A DNA stretch of 64,000 bases. Origin: Candidatus Marinacidobacterales bacterium. GTDB taxonomy: Bacteria; Acidobacteriota; Vicinamibacteria; Marinacidobacterales; DATDRI01. Each line of letters opens with the position of its first letter. Position 1 is the stretch's first letter. The notes under the pieces were generated by a model. The model was not told where the DNA came from. It saw only the letters and a program-made list of their open reading frames with translations, and did no database searches. The stretch spans positions 4,896,001 through 4,960,000 of the forward strand of contig OZ245365.1 in assembly GCA_965226495.1 (NCBI GenBank), given 5' to 3'. The translations under genes were made by a program, and so were the position numbers. Positions 17,248 through 26,457 of the stretch are shown here, one piece after another.

Positions 17248-18903
17248 ATGAAAGCCGCAATTTATGCACGAAAATCCACAGCTCAGAACGTATCTGAAGA
17301 TGCCAAGTCCGTCACGCGGCAGATCTCAAGGGGCAAGAAATTCATCGAATCAAAGGGCTGGAACCATGCCGGTGACTACGTTGATGATGCCACGAGCGGC
17401 GGATCGTTGGATCGTGAGGGTCTAAACAACCTATTTCGGGATGCAACAGCGGGCAGGTTTGATGCGGTCGTGTTCTATGACCTAGACCGCTTCTCCCGTG
17501 CCGATGCTATCGACACCCTAGTTAAGCTTCGGGATTTAACAAAACTTGTAGATGTTTGGGAGTATGGGAACGGCCAACAACTGACGGTTGGTGATCTCCA
17601 GAGCATTATGATTCACTTCGTGGCATTCAGCAATCAACAACAGCGAAAATCCGCTAGCAAAGACACCCGGGAGAAGATGCAGACAGCAGCCAGCGAGGGT
17701 CTTGTTACTGGTAACAAGATCTACGGTTTTGACAATATTGGGCCAAGGGGAAAACGGCAGCGGGTGCCGAATGAGAAACAAGCCGTTATCGTCCGGGAGA
17801 TCTTTGACCGCTACTCGCAACGCGAAGGACTAAAGGCAATCGCACATATTTTGAATGATCGGGGTATCCCCTCCCCTAATCAGAGACAGAGCGGTTGGTC
17901 TCCCAGCACTGTCCGCTGCATTCTCAAAAACAGGATCTACCGGGGTGAAGTTATCTATGGACGTTCCCGCCGATGTGACGAGCAGGATTTACCAGAGCAT
18001 CTTCAGGGACTCCGAAAAGAACCGCGTGTCTGTGTTGATGAATCAAATTGGATCATTACGAACATGGATCCGCTGGTTGATCCCAAGACATTCGATCTTT
18101 GTGCCGCACGTTTTGAATCTCGTAAGCAGAAAAGCGGCCAGCGGAGAGCAGCCCGAAACGTGAGACACCTACTGAGCGGGTTACTAACTTGCCCCTGTGG
18201 CGCTTCATTGGAAGCCGTCAAGAGTGGGCAGCGGAAGCAATCGTATTACGTTTGTAGTCGGAGACGCCGAAAGGGCGCTGCGATGTGCTCGAACACGATC
18301 CGGCTGGAAGTAGAGAAGACAGACGCGATCATTCTCGATGAACTAGAAAACAGTGTGCTTAGTCCTAAGTTTGTATCACGGATCTTGAATGAAGCCCTCT
18401 CAGACGGGGAACCCGCTACCCAGCTGGAGGTGGAGCGGGAGCGGCTCGTTTCGGAAATCGGGAATCTGACGAAGGCTGTTGCCATCGGAGGCGGCGATAT
18501 CCCGGAGCTAGTAGCAGCCCTTCGGGAGAGAACGAAGGCACTAACCGCCGTTGAGGCGAAACTAGCAGCCCGGACAGAGAGACCGGATCGGAAGCAACTC
18601 CGGGAAGCCGTCGAGCAGAGGTGTTCGGAGTGGCGGGAGGTTCTCCGCTCGAACGTAGAAGCGGGAAGGGCGCTCCTAAAGTCCCTTGTGGGGCCGCTGG
18701 AGGTTCATACACCGCCACCGAAGGAGCTAGCCGACAAATATGCTTCCTGGTCGGCTGATGTGAAGCCGGAAGGGGTAGCCCTCGAAGTGAGTACTTCAGT
18801 TGGTACCGGGGGCGGGGATCGAACCCGCACGAGGTTTCCCCCAGGGGATTTTAAGTCCCCCGCGTCTGCCATTCCGCCACCCCGGCAAGAATGTAGTCAA
18901 TAA
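17248..18903 (+). CDS. Large serine recombinase (integrase)
   Basis: IYARKST catalytic motif, DLDRFSR, recombinase domain, CPCG...YYVC...C zinc ribbon, coiled coil; AAGGAGGT RBS. Confidence 0.95.
   Translation: MKAAIYARKSTAQNVSEDAKSVTRQISRGKKFIESKGWNHAGDYVDDATSGGSLDREGLNNLFRDATAGRFDAVVFYDLDRFSRADAIDTLVKLRDLTKLVDVWEYGNGQQLTVGDLQSIMIHFVAFSNQQQRKSASKDTREKMQTAASEGLVTGNKIYGFDNIGPRGKRQRVPNEKQAVIVREIFDRYSQREGLKAIAHILNDRGIPSPNQRQSGWSPSTVRCILKNRIYRGEVIYGRSRRCDEQDLPEHLQGLRKEPRVCVDESNWIITNMDPLVDPKTFDLCAARFESRKQKSGQRRAARNVRHLLSGLLTCPCGASLEAVKSGQRKQSYYVCSRRRRKGAAMCSNTIRLEVEKTDAIILDELENSVLSPKFVSRILNEALSDGEPATQLEVERERLVSEIGNLTKAVAIGGGDIPELVAALRERTKALTAVEAKLAARTERPDRKQLREAVEQRCSEWREVLRSNVEAGRALLKSLVGPLEVHTPPPKELADKYASWSADVKPEGVALEVSTSVGTGGGDRTRTRFPPGDFKSPASAIPPPRQECSQ
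18801..18886 (-). tRNA. tRNA-Leu(TAA)
   Basis: Cloverleaf GCCGGGGTGGCGGAATGGCAGACGC GGGGGA-CTTAAAA-TCCCC, long variable arm, GGTTCGAT, CCA end. Confidence 0.96.
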
Positions 18904-18957
18904 TGGAAGGCATTGTGCCACAGGCCAGGCCGGCAGCACATCGAGACGAGCCCGTTA

Positions 18958-20172
18958 TCAACGACTATCGACGATGTGAGCTCGGGAGATGTTCGCTATC
19001 GAGGTGGTTCCCGCCTGGCGCATGATGCTCTCGAGCTCGCGGCGCAAGATTTCCAGAACCGCTTCCACCCCCTCCTGACCGAAGGCGCTGAGGCCCCAGA
19101 GATAGGGCCTTCCGATGGCAACGGCGTTCGCTCCGAGCGCCAAGGCCTTGAAGATGTCCGTACCTCGGCGGAAGCCGCCATCGACAATAACCGGAATCCG
19201 TCCGGACACCGCCTCGACAACCTCGGGTAGACACTCGATGGTCGACCGGTCGCTGGGTTCTTTGCGACCGCCGTGGTTCGACACGATGATGCCATCCACG
19301 CCGTGCTCGACCGATAGCTCGGCGTCCTCACGAGTCACGATCCCCTTGAGGAAGAGCTTCATCGTCGTCGTGTCTTTGAGCCGCTTGATGTAGTCCCAGT
19401 CCATGTCTGACGGGATCTCGTCTATTACCCCAGAGACGTCGATACCGTCGAACATAGGCCTCCTCTTCACGATGCCAACCCACGAGCTCCAGTCGTGACA
19501 CGTTTCGCAATTGCGGTCGTCTCGCTTGGCGAACCGCTGAGCGGTTTCACGGTTTTCGGCCCCTTGGCCATCGATGGTCAGGGCGACGGCCGGACAACCT
19601 GCCGCCTCTGCCCTTTTTACGAGCCGTCGGGCGATGCTCCACTCGTCGGTCGGATAGAGCTGAAACCAAACGGGGGCGCCGGTCGCTTCCGTGACGTCTT
19701 CGACCGAGGATGTGGCGACCGTCGAGAAAACCTGAAGATGTTTCTTCACGCGGGCGGCTCGGGCCACGGCTAGCTCTCCCTCAGGATGAAACGCTTTTTG
19801 GCTGGACGTGGGTGCCAAGATGATCGGCGTCTCCCACCGGACTCCCAGGAGCTCGACCGACATGTCGATCCGGCTCACGTCGATGAGGCGTCGCACTCTG
19901 AGCTGAAACTTCTGGAAGCCTTCGCGGTTTGCGCGAAGCGTCCCATCGTCGTCTACACCAGTCGCGAGGTAACCGTAGTGGGCGGGGGGTAGGACTTTCT
20001 GGGCGACCTCGCGAAAGTCGAAGACGTTCAGGGCGTCTTTGGGTTGGGTAATTGCCCCACCGTCAGCGCCTAACTGAAGCCAGCCGGGAGCGCCATGGAC
20101 GAGGAGAGGGCTCGCTGCCATGAAGCGCAAGAATTGGCGACGGTTCTCGAGTTGGTCGAAACGCTGCGACAT
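18958..20172 (-). CDS. FMN-dependent alpha-hydroxy acid oxidase/dehydrogenase with twin-arginine signal
   Basis: VSNHGGR, DGGFRRGTD, GRPYLW motifs; N-terminal NRRQFL. Confidence 0.92.
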   Translation of the reverse strand: MSQRFDQLENRRQFLRFMAASPLLVHGAPGWLQLGADGGAITQPKDALNVFDFREVAQKVLPPAHYGYLATGVDDDGTLRANREGFQKFQLRVRRLIDVSRIDMSVELLGVRWETPIILAPTSSQKAFHPEGELAVARAARVKKHLQVFSTVATSSVEDVTEATGAPVWFQLYPTDEWSIARRLVKRAEAAGCPAVALTIDGQGAENRETAQRFAKRDDRNCETCHDWSSWVGIVKRRPMFDGIDVSGVIDEIPSDMDWDYIKRLKDTTTMKLFLKGIVTREDAELSVEHGVDGIIVSNHGGRKEPSDRSTIECLPEVVEAVSGRIPVIVDGGFRRGTDIFKALALGANAVAIGRPYLWGLSAFGQEGVEAVLEILRRELESIMRQAGTTSIANISRAHIVDSR

Positions 20173-20203
20173 CACACCCCTCGACAAAACTTTGGAAGAC
20201 GAT

Positions 20204-20407
20204 CTAGGCCGAGTCGACCGCCTTGGCGTCGGGGTCGCTGATGCGTATGGATACGTCGATATTGAAATTCTTTTCGCAGGAGCGACAGTAGTAGATCGAG
20301 CTCGATCGACCAACCGTATGCAGCTGTTCCCAATGGCAATTGGGGCAGATGAACACAAAATTCGCGCTGTAAAGCACAGTGCTCTTTGGCTTGCTCTTTT
20401 CCGACAA
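20204..20407 (-). CDS. Small zinc-ribbon protein
   Basis: CPNC...CRSC in 67 aa. Confidence 0.55.
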   Translation of the reverse strand: MSEKSKPKSTVLYSANFVFICPNCHWEQLHTVGRSSSIYYCRSCEKNFNIDVSIRISDPDAKAVDSA

Positions 20408-20455
20408 TCGGTTGCCCCATTGGAACCGACGCTCAGAGGGGAAGGTTATGAGGGC

Positions 20456-20531
20456 TGGAGGCGGCGAGCGGATTCGAACCGCTGAATAAAGGTTTTGCAG
20501 ACCTCTGCCTTAGCCACTTGGCTACGCCGCC
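20456..20531 (-). tRNA. tRNA-Cys(GCA)
   Basis: GGCGGCGTAGCCAAGTGG...CTGCAAA...GGTTCGAATCC...CCA. Confidence 0.96.
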
Positions 20532-20611
20532 TCAATTACAAATAAATAAGGCTGCCTGCCTTCCCGCTCGGCTCTTTTCAGCGCCATCCGAGCGGCACTT
20601 CTCAAGATTCA

Positions 20612-20686
<75 letters not shown>

Positions 20687-20697
20687 CTGCCCTGACG

Positions 20698-20726
20698 ATA
20701 ATAGGAAACGGCAGGGGGGCTGTCAA
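20698..20726 (-). promoter_or_regulatory. tRNA operon sigma70 promoter
   Basis: TTGACA-17 bp-TATTAT just upstream of tRNA-Gly. Confidence 0.75.
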
Positions 20727-20748
20727 ACTGAGGGGTCGGGGGTTCAGG

Positions 20749-20850
20749 CCCCCCTCACCCTACCCTCTCCCCCAAGGGGGAGAGGGAATAACGGAGGGAA
20801 GCCAGCATTCATGGCCCTCACCCTACCCTCTCCCCAGAGGGGAGAGGGAA
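20749..20850. repeat. Two tandem REP-like palindromic repeats
   Basis: CCCTCACCCTACCCTCTCCCC...GGGGAGAGGGAA x2; related inverted copy at 57314-57346. Confidence 0.85.
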
Positions 20851-21834
20851 ATGGAGCTACGTAGGGTTTGGGCAGCCTCCTCTGGGGGGGTGGGGTTGAT
20901 ATAGATGCCGGTCCCCCACTCGAACCCGGCTACTCTAGTGAGGATAGGCATGACCTCGATGTGCCAGTGATAGGACTGGTCCGATGCCTCGCGGAAAGGC
21001 GCGCTGTGGAGGATGAAGGTGTAGGGCGGATGGTCCAGCGCCTCATCGAGAGCTCCCAGAGTCGACTTGAGGGCTCCGGCTAGGCCGCCGAAATCGGTCA
21101 TCCGCTGCGTCCTCGAAGCGGGCGGTGTGTCGCCGCGGTAGCAACCAGAATTCGAAAGAAAACCTAGAAGCGTATGGAGCCACGGCTACGAAGTGCTCAT
21201 TCTTCAGAATGAGGCGCTCTCCATCGCGTTCTTCCTGCTGAGCGATGTCGCAATAAATGCAGCGTGACTGGCTGGAGAAATGCGCTAGAGCCCCCTCGAC
21301 CTCTTCTCGAACCCGCGCCGGGACGATTGGCAGCGCGAGGAGCTGGGAGTGTCCGTGCGCGAGCGTCGCACCCGCCTCGGGACCGTGGTTCTTGAAGATC
21401 ACGACGTGCCGAATCTGTGGATCCTTTGCGAGCGCACGGATTCGCGATTGATACACCCGCAAGACGTCTTCTATGGAATCTAGGGCGAGCGTTGCTAACG
21501 TCGCGCCGTGGTCTGGAGTCTCGACGATGACTTCGTGTACACCTACGCCGTGGAGCGCTTCGAGGTTCGCGACATCGCCCTCGCCGACGCTGCCAGTGGC
21601 TTCAAGCGCAGGAAACTTGTTCGGAAAGACACGGATCTTCCACGGGTCGCGGCTCTCGGGTGCAGTCAGCACCGCGGGAGGCGTCATCGCCTCGTTTCCC
21701 GGACAAAAGGGGCACGAATCAGAACGGCCGACGACCTTGGTGGTCCCTTTGGCGAAATCAGTAGGGCGGCCCGCTCGCTCTGGCGCGATGAGGACCCAGT
21801 TGCCGGCAATCGGATCTTTTCGAAACTCGGACAA
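20823..21834 (-). pseudogene. galT: Galactose-1-phosphate uridylyltransferase, frameshifted near 21101 (or sequence error)
   Basis: SEFRKDP, CPFCPGNE, PNKFPAL, HGHSQ in one frame; YHWHIE, AGFEWGTG in another. Confidence 0.85.
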
Positions 21835-21848
21835 GAATAACTCCTCGA

Positions 21849-22274
21849 TTAGCTCTGTCCGTCGAAAGCGTCTTGGTAGATGCTGACTTCGGGCGCTCGA
21901 TCGGCCGGGAACTCGATGCCCACCACGTCGAATCGAATGGGCGACTCGCTCCATCCCCGCCGGGCGGCGTAGGCCAGCGCTAGTCGAGTGAGCTTCTTTT
22001 GCTTTCGATAGTCGACCGCTTCTATCGGCGTGCCGAAGCGGTGTCCGCTGCGAGTCTTGACCTCGACGAAGACGAGTACCTTGCCGTCACGAGCAACGAT
22101 GTCGATCTCACCCAACCGGCTACGCTCTCGTCTCGCCAGGATTCGGTAGTCCTTTTTTTTCAACGCCCGGACGGCGAGGTCTTCGCCCCGGCGACCGAGC
22201 GATAGGGAATCAGCCGGTCGACCGACCAGAAATGGCCGGAATTTATCCCACCACCCACGAAACCACTCGTTCAC
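21849..22274 (-). CDS. yraN: YraN family nuclease-like protein
   Basis: GEIDIVA, FVEVKTR, RFDVV motifs. Confidence 0.92.
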   Translation of the reverse strand: MNEWFRGWWDKFRPFLVGRPADSLSLGRRGEDLAVRALKKKDYRILARRERSRLGEIDIVARDGKVLVFVEVKTRSGHRFGTPIEAVDYRKQKKLTRLALAYAARRGWSESPIRFDVVGIEFPADRAPEVSIYQDAFDGQS

Positions 22275-23674
22275 TTCCTGCGCCAGCGAGTACCGGCGGG
22301 TGTATCCTCGAGCACGATTCCCTGCGTGTCGAGCTCGTCACGGATCGCGTCCGATCGAGCAAAGTCACGCCGGGCCCTGGCCTCACGCCTCTCTGTGATC
22401 AGCTTCTCGACGTCGGCATCCAACATCACCGCCTCGGTCTGTCCGAAGACACCGAAGACGGTGTTCAGCCGCTCGACCGTCCCCGCAATCTCGCCGGCAT
22501 CCTCCTTTGTAAGAGAAGACGAAGAAAGAGCCCGATTCGCCTCCCTCACTAGGTCGAAAAGTGCTCCGAGCGCCGCGGGCGTATTGAGATCATCATCCAT
22601 GGCCTGCTCGAAAGCCTCGCGGCCGCGGCGGGTCATATCCTGGACGCTTTCTGAAAGAGAACCGTCCCCTTGAACCTCCCCGAGTCTCTCCAACAGATCG
22701 TCGACTCGGCGAATCGCCTGTTCCGCCTGTCGGATCCCCTCGCGGCTGAAGTTCAGCTGCTTTCGGTAATGGGCGGAGAGTAGAAGGTAGCGGATGGCGG
22801 CGGGCGAGAATCCTTCTTCCACTAGGTCCCTGACGGTGAACTGATTCCCCTTGGATTTGGCCATCTTCTCACCCTCGACGAGCAAGAACTCGGCGTGGAT
22901 CCAAAAACGGACGAAGGGCTTCCCGGTCGCGCCTTCACTCTGGGCGATCTCGTTCTCGTGGTGAGGAAAAATGAGATCGACGCCCCCGCCGTGAATATCG
23001 AAACTCTCGCCGAGCAGCTTCATGCTCATCGCGGAGCATTCGAGGTGCCAGCCGGGACGACCGGGGCCGATGTCGGTATCCCAGGACGGCTCGTTCTCCT
23101 TGGGGCTCTTCCACAAAACAAAATCGCGGGCATTCTCTTTACCATAGTCGTCACCGTCCCCGGCCCCCGACTGCATACCCTCGACATCGATCCGCGAGAG
23201 CTTTCCGTACTCGGGAAGTGTCGAGATACGGTAATAGATCGAGCCGTCCCTCTCGTACGTATGGCCTCGCTCCTTGAGTTTTTTGACCAGGTCGACCATC
23301 GCGTCGAGGTATTCCGGATCGGTGGCGCGAGGATAATGCTCGGCCCTTTCGATGTTCAAAGAATCGGCGTCGTCGTAGAAATACTCGATGTACTTGTCGG
23401 TGTATTCTCTCAGCGGTAGCCCTTCCTCGAGCGCGCCGGCGATCGTTTTGTCGTCAACGTCGGTAAAGTTCACTGCCTGTGTCACGCGGAATCCCTTGTA
23501 CTTCAGGTAGCGCCGCAGGATGTCTTGCGCGACGAAAGTCTTGAAGTTGCCGATGTGTCCTCGGTTGTAGACCGTCAAACCGCAGGTGTACATGCGGACA
23601 TGACCAGGCTCGATAGGTTTGAACGCCTCTTTCGCCCCACCGAGAGTATTCGTGAGCTTGAGCGGGTTTCCCAT
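22271..23674 (-). CDS. cysS: Cysteine--tRNA ligase
   Basis: HIGN, GRPGWHLECS, DLIFPHHENE, KMAKS. Confidence 0.97.
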   Translation of the reverse strand: MGNPLKLTNTLGGAKEAFKPIEPGHVRMYTCGLTVYNRGHIGNFKTFVAQDILRRYLKYKGFRVTQAVNFTDVDDKTIAGALEEGLPLREYTDKYIEYFYDDADSLNIERAEHYPRATDPEYLDAMVDLVKKLKERGHTYERDGSIYYRISTLPEYGKLSRIDVEGMQSGAGDGDDYGKENARDFVLWKSPKENEPSWDTDIGPGRPGWHLECSAMSMKLLGESFDIHGGGVDLIFPHHENEIAQSEGATGKPFVRFWIHAEFLLVEGEKMAKSKGNQFTVRDLVEEGFSPAAIRYLLLSAHYRKQLNFSREGIRQAEQAIRRVDDLLERLGEVQGDGSLSESVQDMTRRGREAFEQAMDDDLNTPAALGALFDLVREANRALSSSSLTKEDAGEIAGTVERLNTVFGVFGQTEAVMLDADVEKLITERREARARRDFARSDAIRDELDTQGIVLEDTPAGTRWRRK

Positions 23675-23676
23675 AT

Positions 23677-25461
23677 CTAAAGCCTCTTGACGACTACCAA
23701 TGTCAGATCGTCGCTGAGCCCTGCTCCCGCGGCAAAAGCGCGGGCGGCGCCGACCAACCGCCCGACGATTTCTCGAGCCGGAAGATTCGCCACCGCTTGC
23801 GCCGATTCCACGATCCGTCCCCCCTCCTCGAACTCCTCGCCATCCGGATTGCGGGTCTCGGACAATCCATCAGTATAGAGAACAAGCAGATCACCGGGGT
23901 CGAGTTGGGTGCAGCCGACTTCCACTTGGACCTCGGGAAGTAGCCCGATGACCTGGCTGCCCTGGCTCAACGACTCCACGTCTCCGCCCCCCCTCAACAA
24001 CAAGGGATAGACGTGACCGGCGTTCACGTAAGTGAGCTCTCCATTTGCCGGATCCAGCTGGGCGTAAAAGACCGTCACGTATTTGTTGGGCTCGGTTGTC
24101 CGGAAGACGATCTCATTCAATCGCGAGAAGAGTACGTCGAGGCGAAGGTCGCCTAAACCCGAGAGCGTTCTCAGCGAGGCCTGCACCGAAGCCATCAGGA
24201 GCGCGGGCCCGGTACCTTTTCCGGAGACGTCGGCGATCGCCACCCCGAGCTTTCCACCCGAGCTCTCCACGTAGTCGTAATAGTCGCCGCCCACTGTCAG
24301 ACAGGGGATGTTCACGCCGGTGATATCCCAACCCTCGAGTGCCGGATCGCTCTTGGGCAAAAGGTCCCTTTGCATTTGGCGTGCAACCGCCATCTCTTTT
24401 TCCAACTTCTGTTTCTCGACCCATTCGCGGGTAAGCCTCTGACGATCGAGAGCCGCCGCGCCCTGCGCAGCGAGCGAGCGAAGAAAATCCACATCGTCCT
24501 CGTCGATTGGTTGGCCGTTGGCCTTACGCCCCACCAGCAACACTCCATGAGCATCGCCTCCATAACGAAGCGGTAGGATGACTTCGAAACCATGGGTCTC
24601 CAACAAGACGCGAAGCGGTCCCGGCTCGAGCCCATCGACTCCCACCACTCCCTCTTCCTTCGCATCCAGCTTCGGCGTCTCCGCTCGAAGAAGCTCGAGT
24701 TGCGCGGGATCGAGCCGGACACCTCTCACGTCCACTCGCTTCGACCCTACCAAGGCACAGCGCGTGGCAAGTGCCTGGCCCATGGCACTGGCCATCAGCA
24801 CTTCCCGAACGCGTGTCGCGTCCGCCGCCACGAGGAGCTCTCGCGTGATGTCGAACAAGGAGTCGAGCTGATAGACCTTGAGCGTGAGCTTTTGGTTGAC
24901 GTGCTGCAGCTCTTCGTAAACGCGGCCGTTATCGATGCTCGCCGCGGCCGAGATCGAAAGCGCTTCCAAGAAAGACCGCTCGCCCGGTCCGTAGCCTCCC
25001 GGTCGTTTCCCCAGCACGAGAAGGCCGGTGAGCCGTGAACCTTTTCTGAAAGGCGTGACGAGATCTGCTTTTAATAAATTGATTAGCGCGACGCAACCCT
25101 TTTCGAGCTTGGGATCATCCGGTCCTATCGCACGCTCGAGTCCTTCCACTCCTTCGGCCGCCAACCCGGGGTCGTCTTTTTGGGGCGCGGACGCTCCTCG
25201 CCTTGCCATGAAACGGAAGAGCCCATCGTCTCCCTTTAGTGCAATGCAAGCCCAGGACGCCTGCGTCTCACCAATCGCGACGAGAAGAACAAGGTCCAAA
25301 ATCTCCGAAAGCTCGATAGAACGATTCAACGTCGTGCTGAAGTCGAGTAGAGTAAGGAGCTCGGACAGTCTCTTCCCAACGCTCGCATCGTCGGAAAGTC
25401 CGGCAAGGGGAGCTAGTGCCTTTTGGTAACGGAAGGATAAGGGGTCGAGCTCGTCCGACAT
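23677..25461 (-). CDS. GAF-GAF-PP2C (SpoIIE/RsbU-like) phosphatase
   Basis: VGGDYYD, ADVSGKG, YTDGL, DDLT. Confidence 0.92.
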   Translation of the reverse strand: MSDELDPLSFRYQKALAPLAGLSDDASVGKRLSELLTLLDFSTTLNRSIELSEILDLVLLVAIGETQASWACIALKGDDGLFRFMARRGASAPQKDDPGLAAEGVEGLERAIGPDDPKLEKGCVALINLLKADLVTPFRKGSRLTGLLVLGKRPGGYGPGERSFLEALSISAAASIDNGRVYEELQHVNQKLTLKVYQLDSLFDITRELLVAADATRVREVLMASAMGQALATRCALVGSKRVDVRGVRLDPAQLELLRAETPKLDAKEEGVVGVDGLEPGPLRVLLETHGFEVILPLRYGGDAHGVLLVGRKANGQPIDEDDVDFLRSLAAQGAAALDRQRLTREWVEKQKLEKEMAVARQMQRDLLPKSDPALEGWDITGVNIPCLTVGGDYYDYVESSGGKLGVAIADVSGKGTGPALLMASVQASLRTLSGLGDLRLDVLFSRLNEIVFRTTEPNKYVTVFYAQLDPANGELTYVNAGHVYPLLLRGGGDVESLSQGSQVIGLLPEVQVEVGCTQLDPGDLLVLYTDGLSETRNPDGEEFEEGGRIVESAQAVANLPAREIVGRLVGAARAFAAGAGLSDDLTLVVVKRL

Positions 25462-25503
25462 TGCGAGTTGGCAGGAAGCGATCGGACCGGCGACGGCCCC
25501 CTG

Positions 25504-25995
25504 CTATTCACCTTTGGTCTTGCGTTGTTTGTACCGGACCATGACACACATGTTTTTGCCGGAGCCCGCCTTGCCGAAGCGCAAGTCATCCATCATTTCC
25601 CTCATGATGTAGAGACCCAGGCCGCCGGTTCGATGCTCGGCAACCAATTTGTCGAGATCGAACTCGGGCATCGGGACCTCCGCAAGCGGCTCGCCGTCAT
25701 GAAGGATCTGGATGTCCAAGCTCTCGCCCTCGGGGTCGAAATGCATCTCGATCTCATGTCCTTCCTCGCCGCGATACGCGTGCTCCAAGACGTTGGTGGT
25801 AGCCTCCTCCACCGCCATGGCGATCTTCTCGGCTTCGGCCTCATCGAAGCCCGTAGACTCGGCGAGTCGCCGGGCGAGCTCTCGCACCATGTGCAGGTAG
25901 CGGGTATCACTGGGAAACCGCAGCTCGAGCATCGAACGGCTGTCAGGCGACGGCGTTCCGTGGTCGTTCTCGGCCGGTTTGGGCGCGTTGGACAT
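25504..25995 (-). CDS. RsbW-like anti-sigma factor kinase
   Basis: EATTNVLEHAY, GGLGLYIM. Confidence 0.9.
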   Translation of the reverse strand: MSNAPKPAENDHGTPSPDSRSMLELRFPSDTRYLHMVRELARRLAESTGFDEAEAEKIAMAVEEATTNVLEHAYRGEEGHEIEMHFDPEGESLDIQILHDGEPLAEVPMPEFDLDKLVAEHRTGGLGLYIMREMMDDLRFGKAGSGKNMCVMVRYKQRKTKGE

Positions 25996-26010
25996 AGGTA
26001 TTTGCAGGGT

Positions 26011-26403
26011 CTAACTATTCTTACTGTCCATATTGTCTTTTCTGTCGGGGGTGCTCGAACCAGTATAGCTCGCGACGGCATCCGCTTCGGAATCGAAGAC
26101 CCTACAGAGGTGATTGAACCCCAAGACTTCGAAGATGTTCAGGACCGTCTCGTTGAGATCCGTCAGTCGGATATCCCCCCCCTGGGACCGCACCTCCTCG
26201 ATATGCCCCATGATCACGCCCAAACCGGCGCTGGCGATGTAGGAGAGACCCGAGCCGTTGATGACGATTTGCGTGCGACCGGACTCCACGGACCGCTCGA
26301 GCTCCCGCTCGAATTCGCGCACCGTGTGTGCGTTGATGAAACCCCGAGGGTAGATCACCATCACGTCCCCTCGCTCTTGGCTCTCCATCATCAAATCAGG
26401 CAC
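26011..26403 (-). CDS. STAS anti-anti-sigma factor (RsbV-like)
   Basis: LSYIASAGLG phosphorylation motif. Confidence 0.9.
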   Translation of the reverse strand: MPDLMMESQERGDVMVIYPRGFINAHTVREFERELERSVESGRTQIVINGSGLSYIASAGLGVIMGHIEEVRSQGGDIRLTDLNETVLNIFEVLGFNHLCRVFDSEADAVASYTGSSTPDRKDNMDSKNS

Positions 26404-26457
26404 CAGCTCGCTCCTCCACCCGGGAATTCTGTTTCATCCGAAGGGTAGACTTCCGTT

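Larger units (their letters stand above)
9662..18812. mobile_element. Integrated element with large serine recombinase (phage-satellite-like)
   Basis: 13-bp direct repeat at both ends, recombinase abutting the tRNA, visibly more A/T-rich, mostly unrecognisable ORFs. Confidence 0.75.
740..18858. mobile_element. Composite genomic island region at the tRNA-Leu 3' end
   Basis: Bounded by a tRNA 3' duplication; contains TA pair, gene remnants and a recombinase element. Confidence 0.65.

Noticed and set aside
20173-20358. Long N-terminal extension of the hydroxy-acid oxidase ORF
   Set aside because: It overlaps the zinc-ribbon ORF; the ATG at 20172 has an RBS and begins a Tat-like signal.
25468-26448. 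326-aa + strand ORF and similar long antisense ORFs (e.g. 59615-60709, 41650-42534)
   Set aside because: Antisense shadows of well-supported genes in GC-rich DNA.
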